Assembly (NCBI GenBank): GCA_031362415.1
Contig: JANLSK010000006.1
Span: forward strand, 21,868 to 85,867
Direction of reading: 5' to 3'
Length of the DNA stretch: 64,000 bases
Source: Actinomycetes bacterium
Lineage (GTDB): Bacteria; Actinomycetota; Acidimicrobiia; IMCC26256; VFJJ01
Part shown: positions 51,219 to 61,436 of the stretch, piece after piece
Layout of the letters: each line of letters starts with the position of its first letter
How positions within the stretch are numbered: position 1 is the first letter of the stretch
The notes under the pieces: generated by a model
Databases searched by the model: none
The model's input: the letters and a program-made list of their open reading frames with translations, nothing else
Told to the model about the DNA's origin: nothing
Program-made: the position numbers and the translations under genes

Positions 51219-51239
51219 CCATGCGTGCCTCCACCGGGC

Positions 51240-52175
51240 TTAGACAGGCTCGGAGACGGGGACGGCCGCGACGACATCAGCTGGGCGGGTACGACTGCGC
51301 ACGGCCCCGACGGCATCGCTCGCCAGCACGATCAACGCCAGCCACACCAACACAAAACCGGCGATGCGCTCAGGCGGCAGCGACTCCCCGAACACCAGGA
51401 TGCCGCACAGGAGCTGACCCGTCGGCGTGAGGTACTGGAGCAAACCCAGCATCGACAACGGGATGCGCCGGGCTGCGGTGGCGAACAACAGCAAGGGAAC
51501 GGCGGTCACGACGCCCAGCGCCACCAGACCGATGTCGCGCACGACCGAGCCGTTCAGGAACGCGGCGTCACCCCGGACCTCGGCCATCGTCAACCACACC
51601 AAGGCGATGGGGAGCAGAACGGCCGTCTCCACCGCGAGCGAAGGCGTCGGCCCGATGGTGATGGCCTTTTTCTGGAAGCCGTAGCCGGCGAAGCTGGCCG
51701 CCAGAACGAGGGCGATCCACGGGGGACGGCCGTAGCCCACGGTCAGCACCACGACCGCCGCCGCCCCCAGCCCCAACGCGACCATCTGGGTCCGCCGGAG
51801 CCGCTCGCCGAGCACCACGATGCCGAGCGCCACGGTGAGCAACGGGTTGATGTAGTACCCCAGCGCGGCATCGACCACGTGATCGGCGTTCACGGCCCAG
51901 ATGTACACGAGCCAGTTCGTGGCCACCAGGAGGCTGGCACTCACCAGGCGCGCCAGCTCACCCGGCCGACTCAGCAGCGGTCGCACCCACCCCTTCGGGC
52001 CCCGCCAGACCAGCAGCACCAGCACCACCACGAACGACCAGAGGATCCTGTGCACGAAGACCTCGAAGGCCCCGACCGAGTCGAACTGGCGGAACACAAG
52101 CGGGAATGCACCCCACAGCGTGTACGCACCGACGCCGGCGATGACCCCCGACCGCTGCGTCCGCTGCGTGGTCAT
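51240..52175 (-). CDS. rarD: EamA-family transporter RarD
   Basis: 311 aa from ATG 52175. GVGAYTLWGAFPLVFRQ is the RarD-type N-terminus. There are about 10 hydrophobic helices. The remainder of the 602-aa track ORF upstream is antisense shadow of the next gene. Confidence 0.85.
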   Translation of the reverse strand: MTTQRTQRSGVIAGVGAYTLWGAFPLVFRQFDSVGAFEVFVHRILWSFVVVLVLLVWRGPKGWVRPLLSRPGELARLVSASLLVATNWLVYIWAVNADHVVDAALGYYINPLLTVALGIVVLGERLRRTQMVALGLGAAAVVVLTVGYGRPPWIALVLAASFAGYGFQKKAITIGPTPSLAVETAVLLPIALVWLTMAEVRGDAAFLNGSVVRDIGLVALGVVTAVPLLLFATAARRIPLSMLGLLQYLTPTGQLLCGILVFGESLPPERIAGFVLVWLALIVLASDAVGAVRSRTRPADVVAAVPVSEPV

Positions 52176-52281
52176 CTCGTCGGGACGGGCGGTGGTCACC
52201 TGAACCACGCTACCGGGTGCCGGTCCCGGGCCCTCTGGGATTCCCGGCGCTCTCTTGCTGCCCAGCCGTAGCCTGGAGGCC

Positions 52282-54453
52282 ATGACCCAGCGCGATGTCG
52301 TCAGCTTCTGCCGGATCTGCATTGCGATGTGCGGCATCGTGGTCACGGTCGAGGACGAGCCTCCCGTCGATGGCCACGGCAGCGACGGCACCCGGGTGCT
52401 CCAGGTGCGGGGCGATCCCAACCATCCGCTCTCGCGCGGGTACACCTGCCCCAAGGGCCGGGCCCTGCCCCAGTACCACCACCATCCGCACCGGCTGCAC
52501 CATCCCCGGATGCACGACACGAACTGCACCGGCGCCGACGTCGACGTCGCCACCTCCTGGGACGGGGTGCTCGGCGACCTGGCCAACCGGGTCCGTTCCA
52601 CCGTCGAACGCAACGGCGCGTCGACCGTCGCCATGTACCTGGCCAGCGGCTCGTCGTTCGACACCAACGGCCGCCGGGCTGCCGAGCGCTTCCTGAAGGT
52701 GCTGGGGAGCCCCCAGAAGTACACGGCCACCACGCTCGACACGCCGAGCAAGCCCCTCGTGGCCGAGCTCGTCGGAGGCTGGTCGGGCCTCACGCCGATG
52801 CTCGATCCCGACCGGTGCGGGCTGGTCCTGCTGTTCGGCACCAACCCCGTCGTCTCGCACGGCCACAGCAGTGGCCTCCCCGACCCGATCGTGCGCCTGC
52901 GCGAGGTCCACGCCCGGGGCGGAGAGGTCTGGGTGGCCGACCCGCGCCGCACCGAGACCGCTGCGCTGGCCTCCCGACACCTGTCGCTCAGGGCCGGCAC
53001 CGATTGGCTCGTGCTGGGATACCTCGTGCGGGAGCTGCTCACCGGCACCGGCCCGGGGCTCGACCACGCCTACGTCGAAGCCCACACCGATCCCGCCGAC
53101 CTCGCCGCGGTCACCGAAGCGTTGGCGCCGTTGACGATCGAACTGGTGACCGAGCACACCGGCCTCGCTGGCGCCGATCTCACCGAGCTGCTCGCTGCGG
53201 TGCGCCGGCACAGAAAGGTGAGCGCCCTCACCGGCACCGGCGTGTCGATGAGCCGTACCGCCAACGTGGCCGAGTGGCTGCTGTGGCTGCTGCACATCGT
53301 GACCGGGTCGTACGACACGCCCGGCGGGATGTGGTTCAACCCGGGCTTCTTCTTCCAGATGGACCGGCGCCGGATGACCCCGTCCGACGGCGTTCCCGGC
53401 CCGGGCCCGGCCTCGCGCCCCGAGCTCCCACGCCGCTTCGACGAGTACCCGTGCGCCGGCCTGGTCTCGGAGATCGAGGCCGGCAACGTCACGGCGCTGT
53501 TCGTGGTCGGCGGTAACCCGCTCATGGTGTTCCCCGAGCCCGAGCGCCTCAGGGCGGCCTTCGAGCGCCTCGACGTGCTCGCCGTCGTCGACGTCGTCGA
53601 GACCGAGACCGTGGCCGTCGCCACCCACGTGCTGCCCGCCGCCGATCAGCTGGAACGGGCCGATCTCCCCTGGGCGCTCGACGCCTACCAGCCGGCCGTC
53701 ATCGCCCAGTACACGCCGGCGGTGGTGTCGCCGCCCGCCTCCGAGCACCGGGCCGTGTGGTGGATGTTCGCCGATCTCGCCCGCCGCATGGGGATGCCCT
53801 CGATCCTGCCCGGCGGTCTCGATCCCGACGCCGCCACCGACGACGATCTCCTCGCCCTCCTCGCAGCCAACGGCCGGCTGCCGCTCGACGAGCTCCGGGC
53901 CGCCCCGAGCGCCGTCGTCGTCGAGCGCGCCGTTCACGGATGGGTGCTCGACGGCGTTCTGCCCGACGGACGGTTCCGCGTCGCACCCGAGCCGCTTCTG
54001 GGTCAGCTACGCGAAGCCTTCGAGGCCTTGGCGTCGATCGTCGAAGCCAGTCCGTCGGCATCCTCGACCGCGACAACGGCGACACCAGTGGCACCCGGAA
54101 CACCTGACACGCCGGTGACGCTGCAGCTCATCCCCCGGCGGATCGTCCGCACCATGAACTCCCAGATGCGCGACGTCTCGGCGCGCGGCGACAACGGTGG
54201 GGTCCGGCTCCATCCCCTCGACGCGGCCGAGCGCGGCATCGGCACCGGCGATCAGGTCCGGCTCACCAACGCGTCCGGCACGGGCTGCGGGACGGCCGTC
54301 ATCGACGAGCACGTGAGCCGGGGGGTGATCTCGGTCACCCACGGCTGGGCCAGCCCCAACGCCGGCTCGCTCGCCAGCTCCGACCGCGACGTCGACCCCC
54401 TCACGGGCATGGTCGTGCTGAGCGGAATCCCCGTCACCGTCAGCCGGGCGTGA
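52282..54453 (+). CDS. molybdopterin-dependent oxidoreductase (DMSO reductase/formate dehydrogenase superfamily)
   Basis: MTQRDVVSFCRICIAMCGIVV...GDPNHPLSRGYTCPKG is the N-terminal Fe-S Cys motif. The C-terminal beta-barrel is VRLHPLDAAERGIGTGDQVRLTNASG. The ORF is continuous, with no in-frame TGA. Confidence 0.85.
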   Translation: MTQRDVVSFCRICIAMCGIVVTVEDEPPVDGHGSDGTRVLQVRGDPNHPLSRGYTCPKGRALPQYHHHPHRLHHPRMHDTNCTGADVDVATSWDGVLGDLANRVRSTVERNGASTVAMYLASGSSFDTNGRRAAERFLKVLGSPQKYTATTLDTPSKPLVAELVGGWSGLTPMLDPDRCGLVLLFGTNPVVSHGHSSGLPDPIVRLREVHARGGEVWVADPRRTETAALASRHLSLRAGTDWLVLGYLVRELLTGTGPGLDHAYVEAHTDPADLAAVTEALAPLTIELVTEHTGLAGADLTELLAAVRRHRKVSALTGTGVSMSRTANVAEWLLWLLHIVTGSYDTPGGMWFNPGFFFQMDRRRMTPSDGVPGPGPASRPELPRRFDEYPCAGLVSEIEAGNVTALFVVGGNPLMVFPEPERLRAAFERLDVLAVVDVVETETVAVATHVLPAADQLERADLPWALDAYQPAVIAQYTPAVVSPPASEHRAVWWMFADLARRMGMPSILPGGLDPDAATDDDLLALLAANGRLPLDELRAAPSAVVVERAVHGWVLDGVLPDGRFRVAPEPLLGQLREAFEALASIVEASPSASSTATTATPVAPGTPDTPVTLQLIPRRIVRTMNSQMRDVSARGDNGGVRLHPLDAAERGIGTGDQVRLTNASGTGCGTAVIDEHVSRGVISVTHGWASPNAGSLASSDRDVDPLTGMVVLSGIPVTVSRA

Positions 54454-54477
54454 GGCCGGGCGCAGAGGCAGTCGGGC

Positions 54478-54891
54478 TCACGGCGTCTGGCCTCGAAACC
54501 GCGCAACCATCGGGTGCCTATCGACGACGTGGGCGAACCGGCAGACCTGGCCCGCATCGTCGAACGTCCACAGGTGGATCTCGATGTCGTCGTCGACGAT
54601 CCCCGTGCCCATGACCTCGACGCTGATCTTGAGCACCACACCCACCAGATTGGCCCCGACGAGAAAGTTGGTCGGCTCCATCGAGTGGATGACCAGGCCC
54701 GCAGCGAGCGCGCCGAAGAACTCGCTCACGCCGTTGCGGCCCGTTCGGGGCTCGTACCACGGCAGGCCCCAGCTCGGGGTGTCGTGGTCCCAGATCACGT
54801 CCTCGGCCAACGCCCCGAGGACCCCGGGGACGTCACCACGCCCGAACGCCTCGTAGATCCCCTGTACCGTCTCCACGTTGGCTTCACTCAT
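54478..54891 (-). CDS. SnoaL-like/NTF2-family protein
   Basis: MSEANVETVQGIYEAFGRGDVPGVLGALAEDVIW... starts from ATG 54891. This is the typical NTF2-like ketosteroid-isomerase-related N-terminus. Confidence 0.75.
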   Translation of the reverse strand: MSEANVETVQGIYEAFGRGDVPGVLGALAEDVIWDHDTPSWGLPWYEPRTGRNGVSEFFGALAAGLVIHSMEPTNFLVGANLVGVVLKISVEVMGTGIVDDDIEIHLWTFDDAGQVCRFAHVVDRHPMVARFRGQTP

Positions 54892-55023
54892 CGTCACCCC
54901 CGGGTCCACCACGATCACGTGTCCCAACGATACGCATCGATGACGCCGAGACACGTCCCTGTCGCGAAGTGTTCGCCCTGCCGGGATTTGTGGATCACAC
55001 CCGTCAGCGAGCTTCGTGGCCGA

Positions 55024-56229
55024 TCACTTCCGGGGTAGGCCCAGCACCCGTTCGGCGATGATGTTGCGCTGAATCTCGCTGGTGCCGCCGGGGACCGTCA
55101 ACGCGAACGTCTGCAGGTACTGGGCCAGCCAGCTCGGACCCGCGCTGATGCCGGGGCCGAGATCGGGCGATCCGCTGATGTCGGCGTGAAGTCCGGCCGG
55201 GCCGAGCAGCTCGGCGCCGGCCAGCATGAGCCGCTGGATGAGCTCGCTCGAGTACAGCTTCATGAGCGACTGCTGCGGTGCCGACCGTCCCCGCTCCTCG
55301 GCGTTGAAGCCCCGGTACCCGAGGAGCTCACCGGCACGGGCGTCGATGTACAGCCCGGCCACGACATCACGCACCCGCTCGTCGCAGCGACCCAGAGCCG
55401 ACGCCGCTCCGGTATCGCGGGCCAAGGCGATCAGGGCGTCGGCCGCACGTTTGCCCGTCTGCACCTGGTCGATCCACAACGTTGCCCGCTCCTCGGCGAG
55501 GGACGCCTGGGTGAGCGCCCATCCCCCGTGCAGCGAACCAACCAGATTCTCGCGGGGAACGTCGACGTCGGTGAGGAACACCTCGCACAGGTCGGGATGA
55601 CCGTGGAGATCGTTGATCGGGCGCACGTCGACCCCCGGCAGCGTGAGGTCGAGGAGGAGGCAGCTGATCCCCTTGTGCTTGAAGGCGTCGGGATCGGTAC
55701 GGCAAAACAGCAGGCACCAGTCGGCGTCGAGCGCGCCGCTCGTCCAGATCTTCTGGCCGTTCACCACGAAGCGGTCGCCGTCGAGGACGGCCCGGGTGCG
55801 CAGACCACCGAGGTCGCTGCCGGCGCTGGGCTCGCTCATGCCGAGGCACCACGAGATCTCAGCGCGCATGGTGGGCATGAGGAAGCGGTCGCGCTGCTCG
55901 TCGGTTGCGTAGCCGACGAGCAGCGGAGCGACGACGGGGATGGCGCACCAATTCGTGGACCGGGGCAGGCTGCGGGCGGCGAGCTCCTCGAAGTACACGA
56001 GCTGCTGACGCACGGTGGCGTTGCGGCCGCCGAGCTCGGGCGGCCATCCGGGTACGAGCCAGCCGTCGTCGAAGAGGTGGTTGACCCAGCGTCGGCCCCA
56101 CGATGTGTAGTAGCCCGATGACCGCGGAGGGTCGATCGCCATCTCGGCGGGAGTCGGGGCGTTGGCGTCGAGCCAGGCAACCCACTCGGCCCGGAATTGC
56201 TCGTCGGCTGCGGTGTGCTGGAGCCTCAT
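55024..56229 (-). CDS. acyl-CoA dehydrogenase family protein
   Basis: 401 aa. Contains WCLGMSEPSAGSDLGGL, NGQKIWTSG and TVPGGTSEIQRNIIAERVLGLP. Confidence 0.9.
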   Translation of the reverse strand: MRLQHTAADEQFRAEWVAWLDANAPTPAEMAIDPPRSSGYYTSWGRRWVNHLFDDGWLVPGWPPELGGRNATVRQQLVYFEELAARSLPRSTNWCAIPVVAPLLVGYATDEQRDRFLMPTMRAEISWCLGMSEPSAGSDLGGLRTRAVLDGDRFVVNGQKIWTSGALDADWCLLFCRTDPDAFKHKGISCLLLDLTLPGVDVRPINDLHGHPDLCEVFLTDVDVPRENLVGSLHGGWALTQASLAEERATLWIDQVQTGKRAADALIALARDTGAASALGRCDERVRDVVAGLYIDARAGELLGYRGFNAEERGRSAPQQSLMKLYSSELIQRLMLAGAELLGPAGLHADISGSPDLGPGISAGPSWLAQYLQTFALTVPGGTSEIQRNIIAERVLGLPRK

Positions 56230-56311
56230 CGCTCCGGGACGCTAGACCGGGCGGAGACGTGCTGCACCGCTGTGGACACCCGGGACTGATCGAGCACAGG
56301 AGAGCACCGCC

Positions 56312-57139
56312 ATGGGCGACTTCGAGACCATCACCTACGAGGAGCGGAACCGGGTCGCCTGGGTGACCCTGAATCGGCCCGAGGTGCTCAACGCCTTCAA
56401 CCAGCAGATGCTGGAGGAGATCCACTCGGTGTGGCGCGCGTGCCGGTCCAACCCCGATGTGCGGGTCATCGTCCTCACCGGCTCGGGCGAGAAGGCTTTC
56501 TGCACCGGCGTCGACCGGCTCGCAACCTCGGTGGGCGTTGGCCCCGGGGCCCAGCGGGCCATGAACATCGGCAAGGTCGGCGACACCGCGCTGCACTTCA
56601 ACGATCCCGGCGACTGGCTGAGCCCCAAGGCCGCCGATCTGTGGAAGCCGGTGATCGCCGCCGTGAACGGGATGGCCTGCGGTGGCGCGTTCTACATGCT
56701 CGGCGACGTCGACATCATCATCGCCGCCGAGCACGCGACGTTCTTCGACCCGCACACCACGTACGGGATGGCCGCGGTGTTCGAGCCCATCCACATGCTC
56801 CAGCGCATGCCGCTGGGCGAGATCATGCGCGTCTCGCTGCTCGGGGCCTACGAGCGGATGTCGTCCCGGCGGGCCCACGAGATCGGCCTCGTCCAGGAGG
56901 TCGTGCCCATCGAGAAGCTGGCCGAGACCGCAGCCTGGGTGGCCGAGTCGATCGCGTCACAGCCCGCGACCGCCGTCCAGACGACGGTTCGGGCCATCTG
57001 GTACGCCAAGCGCATGGGCGAGCGTCACGCCCTCGATGTCGGCCGCACGCTGATCAACACCGGCTCCCGGCCCGAGGATCTGGCCGAGGGCCAGAAGGCG
57101 TTCACGTCCGGTCAGCGGGTGGAGTGGCGACTGCGCTAG
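56312..57139 (+). CDS. enoyl-CoA hydratase/isomerase (crotonase) family protein
   Basis: 275 aa. Contains VAWVTLNRPEVLNAF, VIVLTGSGEKAFCTGVD and AAVNGMACGGAF. Confidence 0.9.
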   Translation: MGDFETITYEERNRVAWVTLNRPEVLNAFNQQMLEEIHSVWRACRSNPDVRVIVLTGSGEKAFCTGVDRLATSVGVGPGAQRAMNIGKVGDTALHFNDPGDWLSPKAADLWKPVIAAVNGMACGGAFYMLGDVDIIIAAEHATFFDPHTTYGMAAVFEPIHMLQRMPLGEIMRVSLLGAYERMSSRRAHEIGLVQEVVPIEKLAETAAWVAESIASQPATAVQTTVRAIWYAKRMGERHALDVGRTLINTGSRPEDLAEGQKAFTSGQRVEWRLR

Positions 57140-57226
57140 AACGCACGACACGATCTGACGGGGCCGTCGACCGTCAGTTCGTCACCGAGAGCGCCGTCGT
57201 CGCCGCCGCACGACCTTGGAGTCCCC

Positions 57227-58384
57227 ATGCCCCGCTGGCAGCCCCGACGTCGAGTCGCCATCGTGGGAGCCGCGCTCTCCGACTGCGGACGGGTCGACGA
57301 CAAGAGCGCGTTCCAGCTCCATCACCAGGCGTCGAAGCGGGCCCTGGCCGATGCCGGGCTGGCCAAGACCGACGTCGACGGCTTCATGTCGGCCTCGGCC
57401 GGGATCATGGCGCCCGTCGAGCTGGCCGAGTACCTGGGCCTTCGGCCCACCTACGTCGACGGCACCCAGGTGGGCGGCAGCATCTGGGAATTCTATGTCG
57501 AGCACGCGGCGGCGGCCGTCGCCGAAGGGTTGGCCGAGACCGTGCTCCTCGTCTACGGGTCGACCGCCCGGGCTGACCTCAAGCGCAAGCGCCGTACGGC
57601 CAACATCGGCATGGGCGCGGCCGGGCCCACCCAGTTCGACGCCCCGTTCGGCCACTCGCTGATCTCCAAGTACGCCATGGCCGCCCGGCGGCACATGCAC
57701 GAGTTCGGGACCACCATCGAGCAGCTCGCCGAGATCTCGGCCTCCGCCTACTACAACGCCTCGTTCAACCCCGAGGCGTACTACCAGGAACGGCTCACGA
57801 TCGAGCAGATCAACGCCACCCGGATGATGGCCGATCCGCTCACGGCCAAGCACTGTTGCATCCGTTCCGACGGCGGCGGCGCGGTGGTCATCACGTCCGA
57901 GGAGCGGGCGCGCGACTGCGCCAAGACCCCGATCTGGGTCCTCGGGACGGGTGAGGCGGTCTCGCACACCACCATGAGCGAGTGGGTCGACTTCACCGAG
58001 TCGCCCGCCAAGCGGTCGGGGGCGCTGGCGTTCGAGCGGGCCGGGGTGACCCCGGCCGACATCGACGTGCTCCAGCTCTACGACTCGTACACGATCACGG
58101 TGCTGCTCACCCTCGAAGCCCTCGGATTCTGTGGGAAGGGTGAAGGCGGCCCGTTCGTCGCCGACGGCAAGCTGCGCTTCGACGGAGCGCTGCCCACCAA
58201 CACCGACGGTGGCGGGCTGGCGGCGTGCCATCCGGGGATGCGGGGCATCTTCTTGCTCGTGGAGGCCGTCCGCCAGCTCCGGGGCGAGTGTGGTGCCCGC
58301 CAGGTGCCGGGGGCCGAGCTGGCCTGCGTCAACGGCACCGGCGGCTGGTTCACGTCGGCGGGGACCACGATCCTCGGCCGGTAG
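57227..58384 (+). CDS. thiolase-like lipid-transfer protein (SCP-x type)
   Basis: 385 aa. Contains RVAIVGAALSD, CCIRSDGGGAVVITS and NTDGGGLAACHPGMRGIFLLVEAV. Confidence 0.85.
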   Translation: MPRWQPRRRVAIVGAALSDCGRVDDKSAFQLHHQASKRALADAGLAKTDVDGFMSASAGIMAPVELAEYLGLRPTYVDGTQVGGSIWEFYVEHAAAAVAEGLAETVLLVYGSTARADLKRKRRTANIGMGAAGPTQFDAPFGHSLISKYAMAARRHMHEFGTTIEQLAEISASAYYNASFNPEAYYQERLTIEQINATRMMADPLTAKHCCIRSDGGGAVVITSEERARDCAKTPIWVLGTGEAVSHTTMSEWVDFTESPAKRSGALAFERAGVTPADIDVLQLYDSYTITVLLTLEALGFCGKGEGGPFVADGKLRFDGALPTNTDGGGLAACHPGMRGIFLLVEAVRQLRGECGARQVPGAELACVNGTGGWFTSAGTTILGR

Positions 58385-58418
58385 CCGTCACCCCGGCCGC
58401 CGTTGGTGGGCTCCCCGC

Positions 58419-59246
58419 TCAGACCGCGGCGCGTTCCATCCCATGTGAACGAGACGCCATGGACTGGCGACCGATCCGTCGGAACCGCAGGCGCGAGACC
58501 CACGGATCGATGCGGAAGGCCACCCAGAGCAGTGCGGCTGCGACGACGGCATCGAGCCAGTAGTGGTTGGCGGTGAGGACGATGGCCGCCAGCGTGAGCA
58601 CCGGGTGGAGGAGCACGATGGCCCGGAACCGGCTGCGCGCGTGGCGCATCGCAGCCCAGCCGATGAGCGCCGCCCATCCGAAGTGCATCGACGGCATGGC
58701 CGCGAACTGGTTGGCGAGAGCCCGGAACGAGCTGTTCTCACCGTAGGTGTCGGGGCCGAACACCTTGGCGGTGTCGACGAAGCCGATGTCGCTCAACATC
58801 CGGGGCGGCGCCAGCGGATAGGCGATGTGGACAAGGAGTCCGAGCAGGGTGAGCGTGATCAGCACCCGTCGGCATTTCGCGTACCCCACGGGATGGCGGG
58901 TGTACAACCAGACGAAGGTGATCATCGCGGCACTGAAATGCCCCAGCAGGTAGTACTGGTTGAGGAACTTCACGAACCACTCGCTGCTCAGGGCCAGCTG
59001 CTGAAGCTCGACCTCGGTGAAGATGCCCAGCACCTGTTCGAGGTGCACGATCTCCTTACCGTGCTCGAAGGCCGAGCTGACCCGGCTCCCGGCCGAGTGG
59101 CGCACCAGCTTGTACACGAAGAACAACCCGTACAGGAGCCCGATCTCGCAGAACATCCGGTAGCCGATTCGCGACTCCCACCAGCGACGCAGGCGCGTGG
59201 GGGCGACCAAAGGCTCGTTCTCGAGGGCTGTGGCTTCGCTGTCCAT
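58419..59246 (-). CDS. PAP2-superfamily integral membrane protein (PAP2_3/inositolphosphotransferase-like)
   Basis: MDSEATALENE... starts from ATG 59246. It has multiple TM helices. Motifs AMPSMHFGWA and TANHYWLD are present. Confidence 0.65.
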   Translation of the reverse strand: MDSEATALENEPLVAPTRLRRWWESRIGYRMFCEIGLLYGLFFVYKLVRHSAGSRVSSAFEHGKEIVHLEQVLGIFTEVELQQLALSSEWFVKFLNQYYLLGHFSAAMITFVWLYTRHPVGYAKCRRVLITLTLLGLLVHIAYPLAPPRMLSDIGFVDTAKVFGPDTYGENSSFRALANQFAAMPSMHFGWAALIGWAAMRHARSRFRAIVLLHPVLTLAAIVLTANHYWLDAVVAAALLWVAFRIDPWVSRLRFRRIGRQSMASRSHGMERAAV

Positions 59247-59500
59247 CGGCTGAACTCCGACGCGGGATCCATCGAGCCCGCGAAGATCGGTGATCGTTGA
59301 GAGGTCGGGGCGGCGCCTCACCAGCCACCTGCCGCTGAGGCGAACCACAACCTCACCATGTTTGTTCCTCGAACGGCCCAGCGCAAGCACAATTCCATCT
59401 TGTCCTCGCTCGCCTGTGTGACGCTGACGATGGCACGTTCGCAGCGCCTCGCGTCGTCGGATCGTTCTGAATGCCCGCTGAGCCGGTCAGCCGGCGTGGC

Positions 59501-60142
59501 TCAGGCGGGCTGGCCGGCGAAGAAGCCCCGATGCACGACCCGGGCGACCGTGGTGTACCCCGCCTCGTCGTCGGTCTCCACACCACGCGACAGGCGGAAG
59601 TAAGCCAGGCGCTCGAGCATGGCGATGAGCGCGACCGCGGCGGCTCGACTGTCGACCTGATCGCTGCGGGCCTGGCTGATCCGTTGGTCGATGCGCGACG
59701 CCATGTGGCGCCACGTGCGGGCACCCAAGCGGCGGAGCTCGAGATGGTCGCTGGCCCCCTCGGCCCACGCCCGCAGCACCGCGCCGTGACGGTGCGACAG
59801 CCCGACGAAGTCTCGGAGGAACCGCGCCAGCTCGGCCAGCCCGTCGGCGCCGGGGCCGATCTCGGCCAGCGACTCGACGACATCGGTCATGTCACGCGCA
59901 CATTCCTCGGCCAGGACGTACAGGAGGTCGTCCATGTTCGTGAAGTACAGGTAGAAGGTCCCGTGCGACGTGTGCGCCGCTCGGACGACGTCGTCGACCC
60001 GCGCCGCGTGGTAGCCCCGGTCGGCGAACACCGCATTGGCCGCGTTGAGCAGACGGCGCATGGTCCGTCGGCCCTGGACGCGTTGATCCCTGACGGCCTT
60101 GGCTGCACGATTGGGGCCTGGCGGCCCGGACTCGGCGCTCAC
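59501..60142 (-). CDS. TetR/AcrR family transcriptional regulator
   Basis: RRLLNAANAVFADRGYHAARVDDVVRAAHTSHGTFYLYFTNMDDLL is the TetR HTH signature. It is divergent from an acyl-CoA dehydrogenase gene. Confidence 0.85.
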   Translation of the reverse strand: MSAESGPPGPNRAAKAVRDQRVQGRRTMRRLLNAANAVFADRGYHAARVDDVVRAAHTSHGTFYLYFTNMDDLLYVLAEECARDMTDVVESLAEIGPGADGLAELARFLRDFVGLSHRHGAVLRAWAEGASDHLELRRLGARTWRHMASRIDQRISQARSDQVDSRAAAVALIAMLERLAYFRLSRGVETDDEAGYTTVARVVHRGFFAGQPA

Positions 60143-60308
60143 GAGCGCGGAATCTACCCGGCAGCTCCGTCCCGAGGAGCTTTCACGACGATGTCACGAC
60201 GGTGCCGCGACGTTGCCGCGCTGGGGAGCCCGGCGATACGGTGCGGCGAGGGACCGGCGAGAGCGCCGTGTCCCGCGCTTCGCGTACCGTCACTTGAGGA
60301 GTCCATCC

Positions 60309-61436
60309 ATGCAGCTGGAGTTCACCCCCGATCAGGACGAGCTCCGCGATTCCGTGCGGGCGGTGCTGGCCAACGAGGTGCCCGCGACGTTCGTACGGTC
60401 GATCGTCGAGCACGGCGCCAGCACCGACGAGCTCTGGCGCACATTCTGCGGGCTCGACTGGCCGGCGCTCACCATCGCCGAGGAGCACGGCGGCGTCGGG
60501 CTGGGCTTCATCGAGCTGGCCGTGGTCGTCGAGGAGCTGGGCAAGGTCATGGCGCCGGGGCCGTTCCTGGCCACCGTCACCCAGTTCCTGCCGATGGTGC
60601 GCGAGTGCGGCTCGGAGTCGGACCAGCGCGAGCTCCTGGGGCGTGTCGCGGCCGGCTCAGCCACGGGAACCGTCGCCATCGCCGAGGCCTCGGGGAGCTG
60701 GAACCCCGCCGATGTCGCCGGCACGGCCCGGCCCGACGGCAACGAGTGGGTGCTGTCGGGAACCAAGCGGTACGTGAACGACGGGGCCTCCGCCGACGAG
60801 ATCGCCGTTGTCGTGCGCCTCGAAGGTACCACGGGCGACGACGGCATCGCCGTGTTCGTCGTTCCCCAGACTGCGGTGCGCTCGGAGGCGATCACGGCGC
60901 TCGACGGTTCCCGCCAGTTCGCCACCGTGGTGCTCGACGGGGTTCGCGTCGGCGCCGACCGGGCCCTCGGCACTCCGGGCACGTCGGGCGCTTCGGTACG
61001 GCGGGCCATCGAGGAGGCCACCGCCGCGCTGGCCCTCGAGATGGTCGGCACCTGCCAGACGATCTTCGACATCACGCTCGACTACGCCAAGAACCGCATC
61101 CAGTTCGACGTGCCCATCGGCTCGTTCCAGGCCATCAAGCACAAGTTCGCCGACATGTTCGTGGCCCTCGAACGGGCCCGGGCCACGGCCTACTTCGCCG
61201 CCGCCACCATCGCCGAGGACGATCCCCGCCGGGCGCTCGCAGTGGCCATGGCCAAGGCCGCGGCGGGCGACTGCCAGAAGCTCATGGCCAAGGAGGGCAT
61301 CCAGATCCATGGGGGCATCGGCTTCACCTGGGAGCACGACATGCACCTGTACGTGAAGCGGGTGAAGTCGGGTGAGGCCGTGTTCGGGACCGCCGCCACC
61401 CAGCGCCAGCGAGTCGCCGACCTCATCGGCCTGTGA
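60309..61436 (+). CDS. acyl-CoA dehydrogenase family protein
   Basis: MQLEFTPDQDELRDSVRAVL... starts from ATG 60309. Also contains IQFDVPIGSFQAIKHKFADM and IHGGIGFTWEHDMHLY. Confidence 0.9.
   Translation: MQLEFTPDQDELRDSVRAVLANEVPATFVRSIVEHGASTDELWRTFCGLDWPALTIAEEHGGVGLGFIELAVVVEELGKVMAPGPFLATVTQFLPMVRECGSESDQRELLGRVAAGSATGTVAIAEASGSWNPADVAGTARPDGNEWVLSGTKRYVNDGASADEIAVVVRLEGTTGDDGIAVFVVPQTAVRSEAITALDGSRQFATVVLDGVRVGADRALGTPGTSGASVRRAIEEATAALALEMVGTCQTIFDITLDYAKNRIQFDVPIGSFQAIKHKFADMFVALERARATAYFAAATIAEDDPRRALAVAMAKAAAGDCQKLMAKEGIQIHGGIGFTWEHDMHLYVKRVKSGEAVFGTAATQRQRVADLIGL

Noticed and set aside
52282-54453. The molybdopterin oxidoreductase as a Sec-containing formate dehydrogenase
   Set aside because: The ORF is continuous with no internal TGA. 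I have no evidence for Sec here.
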